DNA from: the human T2T-CHM13v2.0 reference genome, Homo sapiens
Length of the DNA stretch: 64,000 nucleotides
NCBI RefSeq assembly: GCF_009914755.1
Contig: NC_060935.1
Strand: one strand, 5' to 3'
Shown here one piece after another: positions 49,555 through 64,000 of the stretch (within the stretch, counting starts at the first letter, position 1; each line of letters starts with the position of its first letter). The translations under genes were made by a program, and so were the position numbers. Under the pieces are notes generated by a model. The model did not search any database. It saw only the letters and a list, made by a program, of their open reading frames with translations, and was not told the origin of the DNA.

Positions 49555-51094
49555 TTATTGCAGTTATAATTGCTGTTGTCATGCAGATGCCTCTGACAGG
49601 GGCACTACTTGGAGCTGATCTCACTCACCAAGTCCTGAGCAAGAAGAAATTTCACCTCTTCTGATCCAAAGATCAAAGCCTGTGAGGCCCTCACTCCTCA
49701 AGGAGGATGAGGGGAAAGAAGGCCCTGGAATTGGGGCCCCTGAAAGCACTGCCATGGCAGTGCTTGGCAATGGCATTGTCTGTCTGGGAGAGCTGGTGGT
49801 AGTCGTGAAGTCTGACAGATGTGAGCTTTGGATTGCCTTCAGAGGCAGCCCATGTCCTTGATCTCCATAAGGAGAGGAAAGAGCTATCACTAGAGATATT
49901 TGGTTTCCTGTTTATCTGGGGACAGTTTGATTTGCATCTCATTTACATCCATTTGTGCTCTGCATCTTGAAGGTCCAAACTCTGGGTGTCTGAGATAAAA
50001 CGAAATTGTACAACCTGCTACCACTGGATTCTCATCCACGCTGGAAGGTTTGACTGGCCTGAAGCCAAGTGAATTTCTCAGCAGCCGCCTGTCAGGCGGG
50101 CTCTTTCATGCTACTTATTTCTTGAGCACTTACTGTGTACCAGCTGCTGTGCCAGTGTCTTATTTTAGGGGTAACACAATTTTGTGTGGTCTAGCAACTT
50201 ACTCATTTTGAGATGCAGACATGGAAACGTGCCCTTCCGGTCCGGGTGTTCTTGGACAAGTGACTTACTGTTTCTGGAATTTCAGCTTCCCGATGGGTAA
50301 AATGAGAAGAATAACGGACTTCTCTCCGAAGGTTTGTGTGAGGATGTGACTCAGTGAGCCACATGGTACAGCACTCAGCCTGGGACACCCGCAGAACTGA
50401 GATGAGAAGGAGCCAGGATTTAAAGTCAATTTAATTGTCACTTCTCTGGGGTCTACCATGCCTCCCACTAAAGCACTCTCTTTTGCTATTAGCCACAAGC
50501 ACGACATGCGGTTTCCCAACACTGCTGGGTGCACACCTCTCCTCCTGACCCCTCTCCCCACTTCCCCGGCAAGGACACACAGGCGGCTGTGGACTGGGGG
50601 GGCTCATGTATCCATCCATTTCATGTGGATGCCATTGGGGGGCTGCACTGGGCTGGGTTATTTTTTAACTCCTGTTATTAGTCACTGCCTGTCATGAGAA
50701 AAAAAAAGCCAGGGCAAGGTGTAAACATTCAGGCTTCTCCCAGTACTTTCTATTATTTTTCCCTCCTCTTTTCGTGAGCTGCCGTCCCATCACGGGAGGG
50801 TTGCCCATGAAGATGTGGCTGCTGCCATTCCTATAAACAGCTGGGATGTGTGGGACCTGCACACAGAGTGGGGGTGTCCCCGGGGCAACCTGCGGTGGCA
50901 ATGCAGGACTTCCTGAGTTGTCCTGTCAAATCTGGAGATCAGTCACATCCAGCCCTATCTGGCCCTTACCTCTCTGCTCTCAAGTTTGACATGCCCACTC
51001 TGGTCATCTGAGTTGATCTTGGCCCCCTGAACCCACCTCACAGGCTGCACCTTCTATGTGGAACCCTCCTGGCCCTCCCAGGAGAATGCAGGGG

Positions 51095-51322
51095 GAGAGT
51101 GGGCTTCGGGGGTCAGATCGCCTGGGTTTGAGCCCTAGTTCTGCCACTCAGTAGCTGTGTGACTTTGGGAACATTCTGGACTTCTCTGTGCTTATTTCCT
51201 TATCTGTAAAATAGGGATAATAATGGTACTTTGCAGGTGGTTGTGTGCATTAAGTGAATACATGAATAATGCTTAGAACACTGCCTGGCTTAGAGTGAGC
51301 ACTCAAGGTTGGCTATTATTAT
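51095..51322 (+). mobile_element. MIR, near full length
   Basis: ctgggtttgagccctagttctgccactcagtagctgtgtgac...atctgtaaaatagggataataat. Confidence 0.85.
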
Positions 51323-51327
51323 TATTA

Positions 51328-51588
<261 letters not shown>

Positions 51589-52414
51589 AGAGTGCAGTGG
51601 TGGGCCAGAAGCATGGGCTTTACTGGGATTCAAATCCCAACCCCTCCACTAAGTTGCCCTGCAACCTTAGGCATCTCCTTTAACCTCATGGCAGCTCAGA
51701 GGCCTCATCTGGGTTGCCTACACTGAAGGGTGGTTGCAGGGCTGGCTTCATGGGTGTGTGACTTGTGTAGTGGACTATCCAGCTCTAGTCCTGAATTATC
51801 TTTCATAACATTTCTGAAATATTTATCCCCAGTGCCAAGAAAAGTACTTGATAGACAGTTAAGTAGTGAATTAATATTTGTCAAAGGAAAAAATGAATGA
51901 AAATAAGTGGCCACTTACGTAGCATAAACAAAAAACTCCTCAGAATAGTTTGCCCTACTCTGGGGCCACACTACCTGACATGCTCATTAAGGATATAGTC
52001 TTCTTCTGATTTCCTTTATAAAATGAGAATTAACTTGGTAAAGTCATTTCATTTATGAGATTCTTTCTTCCAGGATAAGTTCTCCTGGCCATGAACATTC
52101 TAATTTAGAATTTTGTATGTGCTTTACTTATTATCTTTGTTTCTTGATTATTTTATATCTAAATCAGTGTGGAGATCCATTGTATTTTAATCTCATATAA
52201 ACACTTATGAATTTAGATAATTAATAAGTCAGAAAATGAATTCAGGTTTTGAAATTTTATGCGTGTAGAATTTTGAATCATTAGCATATTTGGTTATTTT
52301 GTTATTGATAACATTGAAGAATTAGATGAGAATTAAAAAATAACAGTACTAGAAATATAGGGGCTTCCAGGTCCTGGCTTCTATTCTCAGCATTCAGTCA
52401 AGAGTGAATATTGG

Positions 52415-52695
52415 GGCCGGGCGCGGTGGCTCACGCCTGTAATCCCAGCACTTTGGGAGGCCGAGGTGGGCGGATCACCAGGTCAGGCATTTGAGACCAT
52501 CCTGGCTAACAAGGCGAAACCCTGTCTCTACTAAAAATACAAAAAAAATAGCCGGGCGTGGTGGCGGGCGCCTGTAGTCCCAGTTACTCGGGAGACTGAG
52601 GCAGGAGAATGGCGTGAACCCGGGAGGCGGAGCTTGCAGCGAACCGAGATCGCGCCACCTCACTCCAGCCTGGGCGACAAAGCGAGACTCCGTCT

Positions 52696-52731
<36 letters not shown>
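52415..52731 (+). mobile_element. AluY, full length, long pure A tail
   Basis: GAGACCATCCTGGCTAAC, GAATGGCGTGAACCCGGGAGGCGGAGCTTGCAG; A37 at 52697-52733; 15-bp TSD AAGAGTGAATATTGG. Confidence 0.98.
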
Positions 52732-52736
<5 letters not shown>

Positions 52737-52970
52737 TGAATATTGGAAGGGATCTAATTATAATTCAATAGTGCTGTCATAATAATGGACAACATTTGTT
52801 CAGAGCTGAGGTGGGAAAATGGAGTTTTCTATATTTAAAAAGAATCTGTTTTCTCTATTTTCTGTGAAAGATGCTGCATTCATTACTCGTGCTTCCTACC
52901 AGTATAACGGTATAATGGCATGCTTGAGAAACAAGTTAGGACATCAGTCTGTGTGTTCTGTAGTCTGGAT

Positions 52971-52972
<2 letters not shown>

Positions 52973-53012
<40 letters not shown>
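52973..53012. repeat. Poly(T)40 tract
   Basis: Direct reading. Confidence 0.95.
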
Positions 53013-53014
<2 letters not shown>

Positions 53015-53699
53015 CTCCTTGGTGTCTGCTCATTTTTCTAAGATCCAGATCAGCTATGGGCAAATTCACTGGGAATAGGATAAAGTGAAGGTCTTCTTTT
53101 TCTTTTCTCAGTGGACTAAAAAACTCTTAAGTGTTTCTTTTGTATTCAAACCCAAAACTGGTACAAAGTCCATTAAGAGAAGCCACAGCTGCAGAACATA
53201 CTTTCTTCCCATTGTCAATGTCTTATTTCTTCCCTCAAGATTCACTTTCTGTATAGTCACCTCGAGGAATGACTCACTGAAGACATTAGGGATTGGGGAA
53301 CTGCCATCCCCTCCTAGATTACCCAGACCAAATACTGCTTTTTCCTCAAATGCTTTCTCCTGCCATATAGTTTTGCTCTGTTTTAACCCTATAAGGGGAG
53401 CCACCAAAAACAATAGGCAGACTATCTTTACCTTGTGTTGATTAAAAGGTATCATTAATATGGGGAAAATGAGGACAACAGTTTGTTTCTGGAATACTCT
53501 TTGTTCTTTTATAGAGCTGCAGAGTGATCTGTTATAGAGAGACCCTCTAATTTAGCCAGTCCCCTATTGCTGGATATATAGGTTGTTTCCACTCTTTATC
53601 AGCATAAATCTTTAAGTTTAAATAAATCCTCTTCTTCCTCATTCACTCTTGACAGCACTTGTTTAAAGGGGCAAATGGTCTTGTTCAGTTGCAACCTCT

Positions 53700-54480
53700 G
53701 CTCCATCGCTACAGCTCCATGCTTCTTGAAGACACAGATCCTCTTCCCTTCCTCCACCTCTTCTAATACCCTCCCATCCCCAATTCCAGAAATCTCCAGG
53801 AGTCAACCTTGACTCCTCCATCTCCCTCCACTCCCACGCCCAGTACGTCCACTTTACTTCCACAGCACAACCCTATGCAGCTCACTCCTTCCCCATCACC
53901 ATCCTCCTGAGTCCAAGGCTCCATCAGATTGGGCTGGGACCATTGCAGTAAACTCCTCTCCTGTTATGGAAATCAGACTGGGTCACTACTCTACCTGAAG
54001 CCATCGATGGCTGCCTGGTGCTCAGGAGATAAAACCCCCAAATCCTCACCACCACCCTGTCTCATCTCCATCGCTGTCCCCCTGCTCATTTCCTTATGAT
54101 GACCTATCAAGCTCTGTCCTGTCTCCAAGCAGTTGCACAAACTGTGTCTTCTGCTTGAGCACCGTCCCCACCACAGACACCCTCCTGCTCCCCCTGACTC
54201 TCACTTCCCTGAGTCTCAGCTTACACAGCACTTCCTCACACAGGCCATCCCTGCCTCCTGTCTGAAAGTGCTCGCCCATCCAAAGCTCTCATCCCCATGG
54301 CTTGTCCATTTCCTTACATCATACATCATCATGTGTAATTACATAGTTGTTTATTTGTCTGTTTAATATCCATCTCCCCTACTAGAATATAAACTGAGGG
54401 CAAAGATGTGTGTCTTATTCACTGCTCTGTCCCTTGTCCTTCTTAGGGGACCTGACTGGTGTTTGTCAAATGAATGAGTG
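53700..54480 (+). mobile_element. L2 3' segment (an antisense L2 follows to about 54850)
   Basis: ccaggagtcaaccttgactcctc, ctagaatataaactgagggca, aaatgaatgagtg tail. Confidence 0.8.
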
Positions 54481-55054
54481 TTTGTGGGCCCCTGTTCTTT
54501 GCCAGCCCTTGTGCTCAGTACTGGGCATCCAAAGTTTAATAGGACCCACTGACTGCCCACCTAAAAAACAGAGATTTGCACCTTCCTGGTAATACGACCC
54601 AAGAAAGAAGAGTTAACTCTACCACAGAGAAAGTCTGGAAGGATAAGGGACATTTAATCAGTGAGGAAGAAGAGAATGGGCATTCCAGGCAGAGGGTACA
54701 GCATCAGCAAAGATCTGGAGACACCCAGCCTATGGTATGTTTGGGAGCTTGTATAGACCCAGGGAGCTGGAACACAGAGTATGCAGTAAGATGGGATGAA
54801 GTGATCTGGGAAATTTCACCGAAGTCCTACTGTGATGGGTCAAGGAGTTGCAATATTTTTGTTGTTTTCTATTTCTTTGTATCCCTAGACTTTCCCTCAG
54901 TACTGGACATACAGTAGAAGCTCAACAAAAAATACTAGATGTAACCCGATGAGACTAGATGTTCCTTCTGCTGTTAATGAAGAGGAAACCAACAATTCTA
55001 GATTCAAAAGTGACTTTCCTTGCGTCCTCTTCTGTCAAATATTTTGGAAATCCC

Positions 55055-55490
55055 TGTATTAGTCAGGGGAAGCTAAGCTGTAGTAACAGAGACCCCCTTT
55101 GCAAAATCCAGTATCTTAAAGAAAAATAATTATTTCTCTCTTTTACAATAGTTTTGGGCAGGTAGCTGATTTAGGGTCTCAGGTTCCTTCCATCTGTTTC
55201 TCCACAATTCCCCAGGGTATTTTGAACCTCTCTGTGGGTGAAGCTGGGTCTCACCCATGTCCTGGTTGTAGGCAGGAGGAAGGAGAAAGAGATTGAGATG
55301 GAGGTGGGCCCATTGTCTTAAAGGCTCCGGCTTGAATGGGGCATGCATCACTTGTGCTCACATCCCATTGGCGAGAACTTGACCTAACTGCAAAGGAGAC
55401 TGTGAAGTGTAATCTAGCTGGCCAGCCAGGTGCCATAATTTTACTGCTCTGGAGGCAGGAAAGCATGGAATTTGGTAGACAGTGAGCCAG
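55055..55490 (-). mobile_element. MLT1 (J/K/L-like) MaLR solo LTR
   Basis: tgtattagtcaggg start; gctcacatcccattggcgagaac...actgcaaaggagactgtgaagtgtaatct. Confidence 0.78.
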
Positions 55491-56294
55491 AGGAAGTCAC
55501 TGTGGCAGCCTCCAGTTCACCATCATGGAGGAGCAGGTGGCCAGGTGCATGGCCTTTGCATGACTCCAGGTGCCCCATGCGTCTATCCCCCAGGGAGTGA
55601 GCCCTGAGCTCTGTTCACTGCCCCCAGCTATGAGGGAGAAGATCTTGGGGTTCCTCTGACCTCTGTCTGCCTGGTTCTTCTAACAGGGCTCTCTGTGGTA
55701 GGGCCTCTCCTCAGCCTTTCTCCTGTCTTTCATTCCTGACTGGTGATGACCCTGGTCCAGACCTGGACTTGGCCCTCCTGCTCTGAGAAGAGCCTTGGTC
55801 AGCAAATAAACACCTGGGGCCACATTCTAGTGGCCCACAGGGACTGTGGAACTGCAGAAACTCGTTTTAAGTGCTTGAGAAGTACCTTATATGATATAGA
55901 AACAAGCCATTAATTGCAAATCATTATTTTCCTGTGATTCTTACAGTTCCCCAAAGACTATCTGCCAATATTGCAGTAGCCCAATAGGGGTCACTGTATG
56001 TACCTAAAAGTAATAAACCTGCATTTTAAAATCCTGTAATCTAAATTCAACTTTTATTGGACTTTTATTACAAATAGTATAAAATCTCATTAATATTAAA
56101 ATTAACGATAGCTAATATTTATTGAGCACTCACTGTGTCAAGCACTATATAGCACCTCAGAAGCAATCTCTCACTTAATTCTTACTACTCCTAGTGTGGA
56201 ACACTGGGGGTTCGCATTTCAAATGCAGAAACTGAGGCTTAGTGAGGTTAGATGGCTTGACAAAGGCCACACAGTTAATATAGAGCAAAGCCAT

Positions 56295-56674
<380 letters not shown>

Positions 56675-59114
56675 TTAGTTCACCATGAAGCTGCTAGCCT
56701 AAGCAACATGAAAGTGACTTTCACTGAAAGCTGCATGGCACTCCACAGCTTCTCAATCCTTGCAACACCCCTGGTTTACCTCTATTCCCATTTCAGCTGA
56801 GGAAACGAGGTGCAGGAGGTCAAATACACACAGTAGGGAGCCATTCTTGTTGGCCGTCTGCCCCTGCATAAAGCAGGGGTCACCCCTGCCCTGGAGGGAC
56901 AGCTCTCCTACGTGGGTGGGCAGCATCCTCAGACCCTTGGACCTTTCCACACTGCTTGGAAGGGAACCGATGGCCACTCTCCTTCCTGAGAGAAGCCAGC
57001 AGGACCTTGCTGCCCCATGATGATGCTGTCAGACCCTCCTCCCTCTGACTCCTCCCCAGGCCTTGCCACCCTCCCCTTGCCACCCTCCCCTCCCCTTGCT
57101 GGTCCAGGGCTGAGCCTTTATCCTTATCCTGGCCCCTATCTTGCTCTTTCCTCCACCCTCTTCAATCAGCACCTTGATCTTTGTAAACTGCTAGTGAACC
57201 TGATAATGTCACCTTCTGCCTAGAAACCTTTCATGTTCCCAATACCCGCAGAGTAAAGCTGCTGCCTGGCACCTAGGTCACCTAGCATGATCTGGCTTTG
57301 CCTCTGTTCCTGGTTTTTGTCTACTACCTCATCTGCCCCCTTCCCACCAGCCCAATGGGTGCTCCCCAGCTACAGATAAAAAGAGAGAAGGTGGTGGTGG
57401 GGCCTGGAGACAAATTCGGAAAATTCTGTATTCTCCATGCCTTCTTGAAAAGTGACCATACATGCATATTAGTAAAGGCTCTGAAACCCTGCAGAGCAAC
57501 GTGTTAAACTTTTATTCAACCTAATAGTCTCCATGTTTATTTGACCACAGAAGACACAGAAATCCATGTTAACATCGTGCACAGCAGCCACTTTGAAAAT
57601 GCCCCTGTTTCCATATGGGACCACATTCCCTGCCCTTCATTTTGCCTCCCCACCCTCAACTCTCTGACCATCTCTCCCTGTTGAAATGTTTTAAGGCCCA
57701 ACACAAAAGCCTCATTCCCCATGAAACCTTCCTGATTTCGCCCCAACTAGAGTGCTCTCCTCAACCTCAGCATTAGATTGGGCCTCTCCCTGAACTTGAA
57801 CTGTAAAGTCAGCCTCAGTTTACTGCTCCGTAAAATAGGGATGGGATTGTTGTGATGGTGAGAAAAGAGCTTGTCTGTGACCATGCCTGGCACAGGCACA
57901 CAGTAAGCTCAATAGATTGATCAAATATTCTCTTTTCTTTCTGGCGACTGGCAGGTCCGCATTCCAGGAAGAGGGCAGAAAGAAGTGGGAAGACTGTGCT
58001 TCTCTCTCTCTCCCTGTCTTTCTCTCCCTCTCTCATTTCCTCCTTCCCTTCCCTTTCCTCAGAGCAACAGAATGACCTGTCTCTCAGAATGAGCCTGGGC
58101 CCAGGGAGCTACATTCCCAACCTGCCTCTGAAAGGCAACCCTGGAGGGCAGGTCCTCTCAGCAGGCTTGGACACCCTCTGTCCCTCCATCTTCTCCCTTT
58201 AGGTTCAGACCAAGGCTGCGCCCTCACCCAATTGCCTTTATTCTGAACCTGCTGCAAGACAAGCTTCCATCTTCTGCAGGAATAAGTATGGCTGGAAAAA
58301 GTGCAGGCCAAGGAGTCAGCCCTGCACCTCCCTGGCCAGGGGCACTGCATACATTCCTGGCCTGGTGACTTCACGCATCTTTAGGGCAGGAAGAGTACCC
58401 TGGCAGGGCTGTTAGGAGGACTTGCTGAAATGACATTCTTAATGCTGCTAGTTCAGAGGGCTTTAGTCCACGTCCTTCACTCCTATAAATTTCCTTTCAC
58501 TCTGTGCAAAGTGCAGAGGTTGTCAGGCAGCAGCTTCAGAGCCCCTGACTCCCCTGGGGCATGGTGGCCCTCACTGGATCTGCTTCCTCCCTCGAGGTGG
58601 GGGCCTTCCCTGTCTGTCTGTGAGTACCCTGGTCAGCATGTGGGTCTGTCTCTTGTCCGATTTCCCTTCCCTTGTCCTTATCACCCCTCCCAACCCGACC
58701 CCCGACCAGGACAATGCCAAGGTTTGCAGGAATTCTCACCCACACCCCGCCTCCACCTCCCTGCCCTTCCTCTCTGTGGGGAGCCCTCTGTGTCGCACAG
58801 AAAGAGAGCAGCAGATGTTAAAGCCGTGTTCCCTTGTCCGCACTCAGCCCGCTGGGGTGTTTGATCTCTGGCTTAACAAGTTCAGCCATTTTTCTGAAAT
58901 GAGGAAAAGATTCAGACAGAGAAAGAGGGATGGAGACAAAGAATGAGAGAGACCATAAGATAAAATGATCCAGAGACTGAGAGGAAGATAGAAGAGAAAG
59001 ACAAAGCAAGGCAAACACAGAGAGAAAGAGAGAGAGACTAGAGCAGGGACCACCTTCTCTTACAATCCTCACCTTCCCCCTTCCCCATTCTCCCACCTCT
59101 CACCTGACCTCCTG

Positions 59115-59150
59115 CCCTGCCTCCCACCCTGCCTCCCACCCTGCCTCCCA
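59115..59150. repeat. (CCCTGCCTCCCA)3
   Basis: Direct reading. Confidence 0.9.
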
Positions 59151-60874
59151 GGCCCTGATGACTGGTGACCATCAGCCTTGTAGCCACCATATCAACTCTG
59201 AGTGACCGTGCCCTCCCTGGGGGAGGTTACAGCCTCTCTCCTGTGTGACAGGGCATTTGCTTAAGATTCAAAGGCCTCTGATACAGAGGACGCTTCCCTC
59301 ACAAGCTGGGAAGAGTAGCCCTGTGGTCCGGAGGGCTGGCTGGCAGGGGACAAATGGGCTGCCAGGATGGAGCCAAGAACTCCTGCTTTGCTCACTCCTG
59401 GGGCTGAGCAGCCTTTCAGGAGCACCCGGGGAGCCAGCAGTGAAGCCCTCCCTCACTCAGCATTAACTCCAAATTTATTTCTTGCTCTGCCTCTCCCTCC
59501 CCTCTTCCCTCTCCCCTCCTTTGTCTTCCCAGTATTCGATTTCCTATTTGAGAACCGTTCCAGCCTGTGCCACTGCTGAAATCCCATCCTCGGTAACCAG
59601 TGAAGGCTGTTTTAAGCCTGTGAGTCAGAGACCAGTGCTGGTTTTTATTAAAGGCAAAAGGAAAATAATCTGATTTTTAAAAAGCAAAACACCTTCTTAA
59701 TGTTTCATGGGACATCAAACTGTCTGAGATAATATCTTAAAACACTCATATACACATGATAGCCCCCAACCCCTTCCCAGCCTCAGGTGGGAGTGTCAAA
59801 CCTGCTTGGGTTATTTTTTTCCCCGGGCTAAATGTTTCTAGGTCACTTCCATCCTCCCCCACTGAGAGCTCCCATACAGGAAACGCTAAGGATTCCACTC
59901 CAGTCCCCGAGCCTCCATAATTAATGGGATCACTGGAAACCAGCCGGAAGGATGCTAGGGGCGAGGGGTCTTATCTCTCTGGTCTCCAGGCAGAGAAGCT
60001 TCTCGCCAGATGAGATGCTGAGTCTATGCAGGCCCTCGGGCCGCATCTGCTGACACTGATCCAGCTCCTTACTAGCCCACCTGGGGCTGGCAGTCTCGGG
60101 GCCTCTTTCTCTTCCTGCCCCACCACCCTCTGGAGCTGTCTCTTTCTATAATTCTTCCCTCGTCGAGTCTATTAGCGTTCTCCGGCAGGCTCTGCCAAGC
60201 TCAGCTGCATCTCCTTGTCTAGTTTATATTAGAAGAGAAAGCTCTGGCGTGTTTTCCCCTTACCTGAGGAAAGAGATGCTTCTCTTTTTCAAGACACTCA
60301 TAGCCTTTGATGAAGCCCAAGAAAGGCTTAAATTATAATGAAATGCAGTCATCTCCAGACGAGATTACCCGGGAGTGCTTCCGGCTGCCTTGTGAAAACG
60401 GCCTTCCAGCAGAAAGGTAGCTGGGTGCAGGGGCTGCCCTGGATGCCTGTATGGCCCTGTGTGCAGCTTGTCACCTGCCTGCCCCTCCTCCCTGCCTGGA
60501 CTATTGCAGTAACCTCCCGACTGGGCTTACCACCTCCTGTTTACCTCCCCTCCCCTGCTGATTCTTTCCTGCTCTGGTCTGATCACTTTCCTTCTCAGAG
60601 ACCTTCAGTGGCTTTTAAATTCCCAGTTCAAATGCCCCCTCCACTCCTTCACCCAGCCCTCCCAACACCTTCCAGGTGGGCTGCACTGCACCACCTCACT
60701 GACATCCCTGCCTACCACTGGTCTGGTCTGTAGCCCAGATTAAAAATAAAAACAAAAAACAAAAAACACTTCACTTGTCCTGCTTGGGATTATCATTATT
60801 TGTATATTTGAGAAAAGAAAGAAAATAGCCCATATGGACAAAGGCCCACCATGTGCCAGGTGCAAATGTCAACC

Positions 60875-61080
60875 TGCCTTGGAGTCACACAGACCTGGGT
60901 TCAAACCCTCACTCTGCCCACTTACAGCTAAACGCCCCAGAACAAGTTTACTCCTATCTCTGAGCTTGCTTCCCTATCTGTTAAATGTGACTAATGATAC
61001 CTACCTCATAGGACTGCTATGGCGGTTAAGGAAGACTAAGTGCTGAGCACATAGTAATTGCTCAATAAATACTAGCTGCT
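60875..61080 (+). mobile_element. MIR
   Basis: agacctgggttcaaacc...atacctacctcatagg...gctcaataaatactagct. Confidence 0.85.
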
Positions 61081-61184
61081 CTGCTTTTTAAAAAAAATTC
61101 CTCATAATGACAAAGGAATGATTGGCCTGGTTTTATGGAGGATGAGGTGGTTCTCAACCTTGGCTATGTTTTAAAAACACCTGG

Positions 61185-61540
61185 TGTAATAGTCCATTCT
61201 CATACTGCTATGAAGAAATACCCGAGATTGGGTAATTTATAAAGAAAAAGAGGTATAATGGACTCACAGTTCCACATGGCTGGGAGGCCTCACAATCATG
61301 GAGGAAGGAGGAGCAAAGGCTCATCTTACATGGTGGCAGGCAAGAGAGCTTGTACAGGGGAACTGCCTGTCATAAAACCATCAGACCTTGTGAAATTTAC
61401 TCACTGTCACGAGAACAGCACAGGAAAACCTGCCCCGTCATTCAATTACCTCCCACTGGGTCCCTCCCATGAGATGTGGGGATTATGGGAGCTACAATTC
61501 AAGATGAGATTTGGGTGGGGGGAACAGCCAAACCGTATCA
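61185..61540 (-). mobile_element. THE1 (B/C-like) solo LTR nested in a MER5-like element
   Basis: tgtaatagtccattctcatactgctatgaagaaatacccgag...gccaaaccgtatca; 5-bp flanks cctgg/cctgt. Confidence 0.92.
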
Positions 61541-62599
61541 CCTGTGGAGATTTATAAACTACACGTGCTGGGTCCCAATGCCCAGATCTCTCCTGGGATC
61601 ACAGCATCTCTGTCTGCACAGGACAGGAATCACTGTACAAGGCACTGAAGAAGCAGAGGCCCAGGTAGGGCCTGGCTGCCTTGGACAAAAAGCCCAGGAG
61701 AGGGCATTTTTCAGGGGTCAAGAGATGGGAGTGGCCGGGCGGGATGCCTGGGCTTTGGAGTGAGTCCAGGGCAGCCTCACTGTTCAGCAGGGGTGGGTTG
61801 GGAGGGCTCATGGCACCATCTTGCCCTGTCACTGGGCACACCCAGTGCAGGGAGTGCCCGTGGGGTCTGAGGAGGTAGGAGGCTGCAGGGGAAGCCAGGC
61901 TACCTTGCTTGCCCAGAAACAGGCCAGTGACCACAGCAACTGCCTTCTGGTGGGGATGGGGGAGCTCAGGAGAAGCAGGAGCTAATTGAGGTTGTCAGGA
62001 ACAAAGGCAAGCTTTCCACAGTTGAGAACAGAAGGGAAAAACACGCAGAGTTAATTAACTTCCTTCAATATGGCTGGTGCCTCAGGTCTTACAGCTGCCT
62101 GGGGTCTCACTCTGCCTTCCAAGAGAAGGAGATCATGGTGGCTGAATGAAAAACACCCTCAGACAGGCAGGACAGCCCTTCTTTTTGCTACTCATGTGCT
62201 CATTAATTCATTCGGTTATCAATCAACAAATCCATATCAAATGCCAGGCTCTGTGCTGAGGACTAGAAACAGCACAATATAGAGGCGTCCTCATGGAGTT
62301 CAAAATCATTCATTTACTTCCTCTTTCAACCAGCACACAGCAAACAGCTCTCAAGTGGGTCCATTGTGCTGCCTTCAGTTGCTTTATTTATTAATATTTT
62401 CTCCAGTGCATTCATCCTGCCCCTCTCCTAGATCTGCCTTCTCTTGCCTCCAGTTCTTCCTCCTCCATTCCTCCCCTCAGCTGAAGGCCTTACTCGAGTT
62501 TACTTGGAAAATAGAAGCAATTGGAAGAGATCTTCCACCAGCTCCCCAGGTACCCACTTCCAGCACTTGTGCCTGCAACATCCTCTGCCTTCTCTCCCG

Positions 62600-63659
<1,060 letters not shown>

Positions 63660-64000
63660 TGATATTGTCTGGCTCTGTGTCTCCATTTAAATCTCATCTT
63701 GAATTATAATCCAAATTGTAATCCCCATGTGTTGGGGGAGGGACCTCATGGGAGGTGATTGGATCATGGGGATGGTTCCTCCATGCTGTTCTCATGAGAG
63801 TGAGTTCTCACGAGATTTGATGGTTTTATAAGGGGCTCTTCTCCCCTTCGCTCTGTACTTCTCTCTCCTGCTGCCTTGTGAAGAAAGATGAGTTTGCTTC
63901 CCCTTCTGCCATTTATTGTAAGTTTCCTGAGGCTTCCCCAGCCATGTGGAACTGTGAGTCAATTAAACCTCTTTCCTGTATATTTATGCAGTCTCAGGTA
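63660..64000 (+). mobile_element. THE1D/MSTA-like LTR, runs off the window end
   Basis: tgatattgtctggctctgtgtc...aaatctcatcttgaatt...gtaagtttcctgaggc...ggaactgtgagtcaattaaacctcttt. Confidence 0.9.

Noticed and set aside
54330-54560. Tail-to-tail L2 pair (and MIR pairs at 17.0 and 23.6 kb) as miRNA hairpin precursors
   Set aside because: Arms too diverged to show a continuous stem

Overview
Primate (human-like) genomic DNA with no recognisable protein-coding exon, tRNA, rRNA or snoRNA. By eye, a large share (roughly half) is old transposable-element sequence: 13 Alu copies (J, S and Y types, most with visible target-site duplications), L1M fragments, many L2 and MIR relics, LTRs (MER41B, LTR16, MLT1, MLT2, MER21, THE1) and hAT-Charlie DNA transposons (MER5-like). 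The main functional-looking element is a CpG-rich promoter at about 4.8-5.3 kb (YY1, ETS/GABP, CRE half-site, pyrimidine initiator, + strand splice donor at 5112). It most plausibly starts a + strand long non-coding RNA and sits about 230 bp from a MER41B LTR that retains a STAT GAS site. A second CpG-enriched patch at about 20.7-21.5 kb carries a CTCF-like motif, a splice acceptor and a domain-less 167-aa ORF. The most unusual structures are (i) an old L1 at 46.4-47.6 kb interrupted by two copies of nearby DNA, each about 90% identical to its local donor, (ii) a composite 17/20/21-bp VNTR with a 126-bp higher-order period, and (iii) a perfect 91-bp tandem duplication. I could not identify the locus and see no evidence of a new multi-gene system. 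Repeat family names come from recalled consensus sequences and boundaries of old repeats are approximate; RepeatMasker and BLAT should confirm them.
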